64,000 nucleotides of DNA from Sphaerodactylus townsendi (taxonomy: Eukaryota): contig NC_059439.1 in assembly GCF_021028975.2 (NCBI RefSeq), positions 26,598,001 to 26,662,000 of the forward strand, in the 5' to 3' direction. Position 1 is the stretch's first letter. Each line of letters opens with the position of its first letter. A model generated the notes under the pieces. The model did not search any database, was not told the DNA's origin, and saw only the letters and a program-made list of their open reading frames with translations. A program made the position numbers and the translations under genes. This document shows positions 35,457 through 64,000 of this stretch, piece by piece.

Positions 35457-35990
35457 GGCCCCTTCCGCACATGCAGAATAATGCACTTTCAATCCACTTT
35501 CGCCATTGTTAGCAAGTGGATTTTGCTATTCCGCACAGTCAAATCCAGCTGCAAAGCTGTCACAAGACCAGGAATGGGCGGATCCACACCTGTCTTATAA
35601 ATCCTGGGTTCTTTTTTCCAGATACTCGAAAACTGCTGAGTTTTCCAAAGATTTTATTGGAAAAAAAACAGAAAATAAGAAATGTTCTAATACATAGGTT
35701 TCTCAGCTCTAGCATCATTCCAGGCTGGTTTTGTTTCAGACCTGGGTTCAGGAGTTGCTTTCTCCTGCCCAGCCTGGATCAGAATTCCCTTTATTTATTC
35801 AAAGCCTTTTGGCTTCCTATCCGGAGATCAAGGGTCCTTGTCAGGCTAGTGTGAATCTGCCCGATACTGTAACCAGAACAACCTCTTCACCCGCCCCCTC
35901 TAAAGATGAAATTTGTAGGCCCCAATGTCTACACATTACATCTTTCCATAGGGGTTGAAAGTGCATTATTCTGCATGTGCGGAAGGGGCC
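35457..35990. mobile_element. Harbinger-like MITE with ~400-bp extra internal sequence
   Basis: Family TIRs 534 bp apart versus ~150 bp in other copies. Confidence 0.6.
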
Positions 35991-35997
35991 TGTTTAA

Positions 35998-37697
<1,700 letters not shown>

Positions 37698-38515
37698 CGT
37701 TCGGGCCTCAACGAAACCTCTGCAGTTTGATGCCTAACCTTGTAGATTTGAATCAAATCCGTTTATGCCAGAACTATCGCTGTGCCTCTAGGTGACGCTG
37801 TCCCGCAAGAGAATTCCTTCCCGTTCAACATTGTGCAATAGAGCTTTTTTTGCATGAATCTTGTGCCTCATTCTTCCAGTTCGCTTGCAACGGTTCGCCT
37901 GATATCACAGCTCTAGGCAGTGGCTGGTAGCCACCATTTATAGAGGTCATATGCTAATTGGAGTGCAACCCGAAACAGAATTGCCAGTGTGGTTAAGACT
38001 GTCAGATTAGGATCTAGGAGATGCAGGTTTGAATCCCCTCTGTGCCGTGCAAGTTTGCTAGGTGAACTTGTCCAGTCATACATTCTCAGTCTAACCTACT
38101 TTACAGGGTTGTTGTGAGGATGAAATGGAGGGGAGTTAGGTAAGCCATTGGGATCCCTGATGAGGGGAAAAGACAGCATATGAACTGAAGTCAGTAAATC
38201 AATTCTGAGCCCACTGATTTAGAAGGATGTAGTTCTGTTTAGGATGACCGTGTTGTTGAGGCATTCATAAGAAGTTCTAGTTAGATCACATGCAAAGCAT
38301 TTATGCATTCTTTTTCCAACTAGAAACAGCCACTTAATTTCAAATGAATATGAAATTCCATTTATTGTATTTGTTAAGAGCAATGGAACTAAACGGGGAT
38401 AATAACCACAGCATGAATGTTATTTTTGGTGTGTTTTGCCACATTTGGCCTCCAAAACGAGAACTCTTCTACCAAACTGTCTAATTTGGGGCAGAGATTC
38501 TTTGCACAAGGGGTT

Positions 38516-38785
38516 AGAGAACCAGCCTGGTGTAGTAGTTGAGAGCAGTGGACTCTGGAAAACCAGGTTTGATTCCCCAGACTCTTATCTGGTGAACTGG
38601 ATTTGTTCCCCACTCATGCACACAAAGCCTGCTGGGTGTTGTTGGACCAGTCACAGTTCTCTCAGAACTCTCTCAGCTCCACCTACCTCACAAGGTGTCA
38701 TGGGGAGAGGAAGGGGAGGAGTTTGTAAGCCACTTTGAGACTCCTTACAGTTGAGAAAAGTGGGGTATAAATCCAAACTCTTCTT
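38516..38785 (+). mobile_element. Squam3-like SINE
   Basis: Family consensus; further copy at ~40208-40481. Confidence 0.8.
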
Positions 38786-39163
38786 CATTGTTGGCATTTC
38801 ATAACCCAGGATCACCCTGAATCCAGTAACCAGTCTAGAGCCTCCTGGATCTGTTTTCAGAGGAGTTCTGTCCATCTGAGGCAACCATAGCTTCTAATAC
38901 ATTGAGTAGTCATGTTACTGGGCCAAACGATCAAACAATGGAGCATGGGACATCCGTTCAAAATATGACTCATTCATTAGGAGCAGAGTACTTTTCAGGC
39001 ACCTGAGCCCCTTGCGATAAACTCAGGAGTTTGAACACATGTCATTTATTTGACGTATCCTTTTACGAACTATGTCAGCTACGATAGAGCACCACCTCTA
39101 CCCAGGATTCAGTAAGTTAGCGAGTTCTTTGCCCTCAAAGTAAAGTATGTGTTTCTTGTAGAG

Positions 39164-39464
39164 CAGTGTTTCCCAACCTTTTCGAGGTCAGGGTACCCTT
39201 GACCTCACTCTTCATATCTCACGGTACCCCTGCCGCCACCCTCCCCTCACATTGCCCCTGCTTGCCACACCCCCATCTTCCCCTCCCAGGGTGAAGGGAA
39301 GCACTGGGGGTGGTGGTGGCTGCTGACCTTATGGCAGGCCCTGCCCCATGGGCCAGCTCCATGTCCTTGCTGGCGCCGGTGGGAGACACCACAAAAATGG
39401 GGGCGGGGCGGTAGTGTTGCCGCGGCACCCCAGGGTACCACGGAACCCTGGTTGAGAGTGGCTG
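39164..39464. mobile_element. Non-autonomous hAT element (same family as 34824-35156)
   Basis: Perfect TSD TTGTAGAG. Confidence 0.85.
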
Positions 39465-40659
39465 TTGTAGAGGTATGAAATTTTGCCCCCCATTCTTTTT
39501 CCTATAGCTAGTGCTGTGCGGCGCCTTTTTATTGCAAGATGCTCCCCCTCCTTTCTAAAGGGAGATTAAATAAACTTCATTTACATCCTGCCTGTCGTCC
39601 CCCATGGGGATCCCCGGCATGTAGAGATAAGCTTCTAAGCAAAGGGAGGTGGAGACTTTCCAGGCTGAGTGGAAGAGCCAAACAATATGCACCAATGAGA
39701 GAGGTCCCAGTAATTGTGCCAAGCATATCTGCATTATACTGTGGGCTCCTGGGAGGCCTTTCTGCTTGGGAAAGGGAGTTGGAAGATGCTCTGCGCCACT
39801 ACAGAAGTCTGCTAAGGCGACGATATCGCTGTAGTCCCACATCTGGAGTTTGCATCTGCAGCAAACCAGCTCCTCGGCAAAGCGTGCTCGAAGCCTGGGA
39901 TCTGCTACGTTCCGCAAAGAACTGCCAAGGACGCCCCAGCCTGCCAAGTGGGCTGTTTCGCGTCGCTTTATTTGCATGATCGCTACAATTGGATTTTCTG
40001 GGAAGCCTGCCACGAAGGGGCTGCTGCTGTGACCGCAAAACAGCCCCGGCGTTCGTGTTGGGTGCGCGGCAAGGGGGTTTAGCAGGTTTTCTAATTCGGC
40101 AGTTGCAAAATGAAGGGTTGGATCTTGCCAGCTTCTCCCTCCCTAGAAATCCAAGAATTGGATTCCTCTCTTTATTAAAGCCCATTCCTTTTTTCATGGG
40201 TTGTGTTCAGCGTGGTGTAGTGGTTAAGAGCAGGTGCACTCTAATCTGGAGAACTGGGCTTGATTTCCCCGCCCTGCCACTTGCGCTGTGGAGGCTTATC
40301 TGGGGAACCAGATCAGCTTGTGCACTCCAAACACATGCCAGCTGACCTTGGGCTAGTCACAGTTCTTCAGAGTTCTCTCAGGCCCACCTAACTCACAGGG
40401 GGTGGGGGGTGGGGATAAGATCGTAAGCCACCTTGAATCTCCTTACAGGAGAGAAAGGGGGATATAAATCCAACTCTTCTTCATGCTAGATTAGGGGTCT
40501 GAAACCTGCAGCTCTCCAAATGTTCATGGACTACAAATCCCATCAGCCCCTGCCAGCATGGCCAAATGGGAATTGTAGTCCATGAACATCTGGAGAACCG
40601 CAGACCTCTCTGCTAGATCTTTGAGTCCCAGCATGGCCTTTTTTAGTGACCCACTAGGA

Positions 40660-41050
40660 CAGTGATGGCGAACCTTTTTGAGACCAAGTGCCCAAATTGC
40701 AACCCAAACCCCACTTATTTATCTCAAAGTGCCAACCCAGCAATTTAACCTGAATGCTGAGGTTTTAGTTTAGAAAAACCGGTTGGCTCCCTCTTCCCTC
40801 TAGCCTCCAGCAAGTCCCACGCGTGCACCGCTCTGTGCCTCTCTAGCATCTCTGCCTCCTCTGCGCGCGCCCCCTCGGGCAGCAGCCACCCTAAGCACAA
40901 GCACCACGCCCGTTGTGTTCAGTGACCCAGGCCAGCCTAGATGTGTGTGTGATTTTCTGCCCCCCACATGACGAACTCTGTGTGTGCGTGCCGACAGAGA
41001 GGGCTCCAAGTGCCACCTCGGGCACCCGTGCCATAGGTTCGCCATCACTG
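40660..41050. mobile_element. Non-autonomous hAT element
   Basis: TIRs; TSD CACTA(G/T)GA. Confidence 0.85.
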
Positions 41051-41245
41051 CACTATGACCTCCCTCCTCTCTTTTACACTGGCAGGAGGACCAGCAGTAT
41101 CCAATTCCAAAAATTCAGTCCAAAAAAATCCTGGCCCCTACTTCTGGCTCAATTTGATCAGCCTCTGGCGACGGTCTCAGAACGTCACACCGTTACTGTT
41201 TGATCACCGTGACAAGGAAAGGGGGGGGGGGGGTTTCCAACCTCT

Positions 41246-41259
41246 TTTATTTATTTATT
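41246..41259 (-). terminator. Probable PRMT1 polyadenylation signal (overlapping AATAAA)
   Basis: TTTATTTATTTATT about 870 nt downstream of the stop codon, preceded on - by an AU-rich block. Confidence 0.6.
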
Positions 41260-42126
41260 TTTTCCTCATGAATGTAACCATATAAAAACCATAAGTTATG
41301 AAACAGTCACACAATGTCAGCTTTCCGAGGGAATTTTGTTTGTTTCGTTAAAAAAAAAAAAAAAGCCCCCCAAACCCCACAAAATACCCACAAATCCAAA
41401 CGGGGCGTTTCGGGAGAGGGGAGGAAAAGTACAAAAAACCGTCCAGTGGAGGGAAAAAAAACCCCACAAAAGAAAGATGCCTTTTCCACACACACATATA
41501 TATGCCCTCCACACGCCCCTTGACAAGACCCCCGCTGGGAACCCCCCACCTCCTCGCGGACGTTAAAACAGACCTGTGTGCTCTCTTTCCTCTCCCCTCC
41601 CCGGAAAACCCCGAGCAACGCTTTGCTCCAGAGGAGGAGGCGAGGGACAGAGTTTGCTCCGCACACGTGGTGGTGGTGGTGGGGGGAGGCGGGAAGATTC
41701 TGGGCGTCGCGGTTTGGCAAGGGAGACCGACAATGATTTTAACAAGTGAGATAAAATTTCATGATGGAAGTGCTGCTGCTCGGGACAAATGGAGAGGCAG
41801 AACACGTGTGCATCTTCAGCTGTGCTAACCGACTCAGTTCGGGGGGCGGGGCAGGGGGGGAGAGGGAGGTATTGAAAAAACAAGGGGTCATCTGGTTTGG
41901 ACGGGGGAGTCTTGGCTATCCCCCCTCCCTTCCCAGCATCTAATACTGGCCCCTCCTCTTCCTTGCTGGCCCAGAGTTGCAGCTAACAGCAGCAAAAAAG
42001 GGGGATCTACACAATGAAATGAATTAGTGAAAACGCCAACAGAATAGGGAAATGGGGAGGGTTACGCTCTGGCTGCAAGGGGAGGAGAGGTGGAGAAAAA
42101 AGGAACTGGCAGGGGGGCGGACCGGG

Positions 42127-60221
<18,095 letters not shown>

Positions 60222-61400
60222 CTTGCGAATGAGACACAGAAAGAGCGAGCCGCTCGCCCGACTCCCCCAGCCTCGTTCAGCGGAGGGCGGGACACGAGAG
60301 TCGATTGGGCGGCGCAGACGTCGCTCTAGACATAAGGAGGCGGGGCGGGCCGAAGAAACCTCGCCTTCGTGTTTTCATTGGTGAGCTCTATCTGTCGATC
60401 ATCAATGACGGTCAATGGCTATTGGCCTAACGTCAATGGAAAGGCAGGCGGGGGGGTTTCCCTCGCGGCACGCGCCGACGACTTTTCTGCAGTTGGGAAA
60501 TCCAATGGGAAGGGAGGAGACGTCAATCAGAGTTAGGCGACCGCCCCCTCGGCCATTAGTTTTAGAATGCCGTTGGTGAAGGTAGAAAACCGTTGGCCAG
60601 TCGAGGCAGAGGAGGCGGGACTTGCGTCAGCAGCGAATACCCGTTGGCCCACCTAAACGTCGGTCAAAATAAAGGTCTCCGTCTTCTCTAATGACGTTGG
60701 TCGTTCTGTCTTCTTTTCCATGCCTACGTCTCCGAGTTTAACAGCGATTGGTTGCTTGAAGTGACAATCAAAGAAGAGCGTTCGTATTCAAACCCGTTAC
60801 CCTGCCTCATTTACTGTGAGGGAAATGTGACAAAGAAGACGAAGAATTTACTGCTCGTTTTGAATGCGAAATTTCAGTTGCGCAGAACGGAGACTGAATA
60901 CCTCACATTTAGGGCTATTCCGTGTGAATATAATATTAAAAACACGTCGCTGCGACTAATGCCGAATAGAGAGAAAGCTGTCATCCAAGAGCATGGAACC
61001 GCCTACAGAATAATTTCCTAATCTCCATTGGTCACTTTGGTGGTCACCATCAAATTAGAAGCTTGCGAAAGTGTCGTCTGCTCTCTTATTGGCTGGCTGC
61101 TGTGTCAATTACAAAATGGGCGGATTAGAAAACGATTTCTAGCATTTATTGGCAGAGAAGCATCTCAGTGAAAATTATGCTCTTCATAGTAAATCGATTG
61201 TGTGAGTTAAGGCAATGCCAAGGTCAAATTCTATTGGGAAGGACAATATGTCACTCAGGGCTGGTCACAGCCCTTTAGGCTTGTAGAACCTTTCACTGAT
61301 TGATTTTATTGGCTATAAAAAAAAGTGCTTAAACCTAATTGGGTACATTTGTTGTCACTCATAATACATGTTCCCACCTCTACCAATAGCTAGCAGACCT
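60222..61400 (-). promoter_or_regulatory. PRMT1 promoter / CpG island with CCAAT-box array
   Basis: YY1-type CAAGATGGCGG over the ATG, GC boxes, multiple CGTCA half-CREs and more than 10 ATTGG/CCAAT. Confidence 0.75.
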
Positions 61401-61946
61401 AATTTATTTAAGGGCCCAACCTTCCATGTGATGCCAACCGCAGTTTGGGGTTGTTTTGTTAAAGCTTATTCCTGGTTTGGTTTACAGTCCTAATGAGCTA
61501 GCCGGTTCATGCTTTATACTGTTCGCTTCACCCTCAAGCTCCACCAGGCATGGGGCAGTGTCAGCCCTGCTGGTCAGAACTCAACTGTGTCCCAAAATCC
61601 ACAAGGAGTTTGAGTGGGGTGCAGTTGGAGAAGGTGGCCCTGCAATGTGCCCTCGTGTGACCATACAGAGTGGTGCCCGGGGCTCTATCCCCACCAGCAC
61701 CCCTCAACTTCGCCACTGACAAACTAGATAGATCAATTTCCAAGGACAAAACAGTAGCTCTGGAAGGCTAACTCTATGATCTGTGATTTCCCTGCTTGAC
61801 CTCCTTCCCAAAACACTCACCCAAGGCAATGCTCCCAAATCTCCAGGAATTCCCCAAGCTAGAACAGGCAACACCAGTTACTTCCATTGATTTACTCTCA
61901 AGAATGGATCTGATTTCTACCAATGTTCTTTAAAAAAAAAAAATAA

Positions 61947-62130
61947 TAGAATCATAGAGACTACAAGGGCCATCAAGTTGAACCCCCTGCCATGCAGGAA
62001 CACACAGTCAAAGCACTCCCAACATATATTCACCCAGCCTCTGTTTAAAAACCTCCAAAGAAGGAGACTCCACCACTCTCTGAGGCAGTGAATTCCACTG
62101 TCGAACAGCCCTGTCAGAAAGTTCTTCCTA
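61947..62130 (-). mobile_element. CR1 3' end fragment
   Basis: Same 3' terminus as the 14705 copy. Confidence 0.8.
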
Positions 62131-62769
62131 ATCAACCAGGGATTGTACTCCTTACCTTTGTACTGCTGAGCTTTGCATAGAAACCATCTATGGGTCAGAT
62201 CTGTCCCACCAGTTTTTCTGTTGGTGAAAAAAGGAGGAGGGGGTAGTTAAAAAGACTATACTGATGATCAGAGAGGACCTGCATGTGGGGAAAAGGTTGA
62301 GGTAAGGAACAGACACAGAGGTTGAGGTAAGGAAAGAACTGACTGAGATACATGGGAAAAACTGGTTGGATCCATCCCTATTTCTTTTGCATTTCACAGC
62401 TTTTTGATCCCACTGTTCAGTGTTTTTCTCCATCCTGATATATGAGCATCACATATTCTCTACACTCATTTATTTATTATGTGCATATATTGTTACTTTC
62501 CGTAGTACCTAAGGTGCTTTCCAACATTAAAAAAATACATTAAAAATCCCAAATTGGATGCAATTAAAACAGCAGTTGGCAATCCACTTTGGAGACTTAA
62601 AACTGGAGATCGCATGAAAATATATTTTAAAAAACAGACAGCAGAATCATGAAGAGTCAAACTCTTCTGCGGGCATTGGAATCAGTTGCCTTCGAAGGGC
62701 ATAACTTCGTTTAGGGCTGCACTGTAAAAGTCATCACAAAATGCCAGTAGATGTTAAAAGACAGGATCA

Positions 62770-62980
62770 GCAACCTTGACCTGCATAGCCTGGAAGCTAA
62801 GCAGGGTCGGTCCTGGTCAGTATCTAGATGGGAGACCACCCAGGAGCACCAGGGGAGTGCGGCATTTTCTCACCCTACTGCACAACTAGTGCCTCAGAGG
62901 CAGGTAAACAGCACCTCTGAACGTCGCTTGCCTTCAAAACCTACAAGATTGCCATAAATCAACTGCAACTTGACGGCCAA
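62770..62980 (+). mobile_element. 5S rRNA-derived SINE (5S-Sauria-like)
   Basis: GGAAGCTAAGCAGGGTCGGTCCTGGTCAGTATCTAGATGGGAGACC resembles the 5S internal control region, followed by a Sauria-like tail. Related decayed copies at ~2375-2500 (-) and ~42380-42575 (-). Confidence 0.7.
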
Positions 62981-63059
62981 AAATAATAATAATTCAGCAA
63001 CCAGAAATTAAAGCCAAGGAGGACCAAAACCATGATTGAAACTCCTAGATTGGTCAATT

Positions 63060-63752
63060 AGGGTACAGGGAATTTTCCTGGCATACTAATCGGGCCACAG
63101 TACGATCACATTCACAAGAAGGCGGTCAGATACTCTGAAAGTGCAACAGGGCCACTCTTGATGTACAAGGGGGAAATTTTGCAATCCAGAGGGGATTTGC
63201 TAGAAGGTTACGAAGTGGGAATTTTGCAATCCAAAGGGGATTTGTTAGAAGGCTAAGAGCTAAACATTTCATGGCTAGGAAGAATTTTGGTAATTCAAAG
63301 GAACACGTTGCCAAAGTTAACCATTCCCATTTCAAATGTGACCAAGTTACATAGAAGCAAGCCCCCAACCCGTCTGCAACAGGGCAACTAACACAATGAC
63401 CCCGAAGGTGGGGGGATTACTGGCACGGTTTGCGCCACCCTTTCCCCTTTAAGACCTTGCAACAACCTCTTCCTCTCTCTTCCTTTCTTTGGAACTCATC
63501 AGCCTGATGGGAGGTTTCTCTCGGCCAATCAGAGAACCAGAAATGCAAAGGAAAGGGGGGGGGCAGAGAGAGAAGAAAGGATCAGAAGAGGATCCCTGCA
63601 GTTTAACAGGGAAGAATCCCCCCAAGGGGGGGGGGGATCGTGAGAGGAGTGGCTTCGTAGCCACGCCCCCAAGTGGGTGGGGTCTCTGGGCAGCGGGTCT
63701 GGATTTATGGGGAGGAAGTGGGAGCCCGGAGTTCATCCTGAGTTGCGCGCAG
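63060..63752 (+). promoter_or_regulatory. Probable promoter and non-coding first exon of an unidentified + strand gene
   Basis: Perfect donor CAG|GTAAGT at 63752, CCAAT at ~63525, CCACGCCCC at 63661 and several kB-like motifs. Confidence 0.45.
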
Positions 63753-64000
63753 GTAAGTGTTGCAAAGCTGCTCTCTTGTTTCCTCTGCTTTTCCTGCTTT
63801 TGCTACACCGATCCTTAAAGGGGCCCTGGCCTTTAAAAAAGGAAGAATCGTTACCTTTCCAGCTCTTCTCCTGCACTCCCCCTGCGCGTTCTCTCAGTCC
63901 CACCCTCCTGATCTTGTGAGATTTCCCCCTTTCCCTTGCGCGTTATTATGCCAGCTTCTTTGCGGGGGTGCAGATCCTTTCTCCTCCAAACTCCCCAGCA

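Noticed and set aside
62770-62860. 5S rRNA gene
   Set aside because: Partial, diverged and fused to a SINE tail; it is a 5S-derived SINE.

Overview
Vertebrate nuclear DNA, most likely from a squamate and probably a gecko, inferred from dense Squam3-type, Sauria and 5S-Sauria SINEs plus CR1, Rex1/Babar, Penelope-like fragments and hAT/Harbinger/Tc-mariner MITEs. Five spliced protein-coding genes were reconstructed by hand from GT-AG boundaries and protein similarity. (1) TBC1D17 (-, exons 1-8, runs off the left edge) is head-to-head with (2) AKT1S1/PRAS40 (+, complete, 278 aa). (3) A TSPAN4/TSPAN9-like tetraspanin (-, complete, 241 aa) is head-to-head with (4) POLR2L/RPB10 (+, complete, 67 aa). 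(5) PRMT1 (-, 11 coding exons including the v2 NES exon) has one exon with a 4-nt net deletion and an in-frame stop, probably an assembly error. A probable first exon of another + strand gene, with a kB-rich promoter, lies at the right end. Highlights: the tetraspanin-POLR2L-PRMT1 triad looks like a retained whole-genome-duplication paralogon copy absent at the human PRMT1 locus; Penelope-like inverted repeats carry minimal hammerhead ribozyme motifs; hAT MITEs carry ZNF143/THAP11-type ACTACAATTCCCA motifs; a repeated ATTGG-N10/11-TGTCAnTCA module lies upstream of PRMT1; and a 53-bp minisatellite shows AB higher-order structure. Nearly all ORFs in the supplied track are spurious. All homology calls come from recalled sequences, not from database searches.
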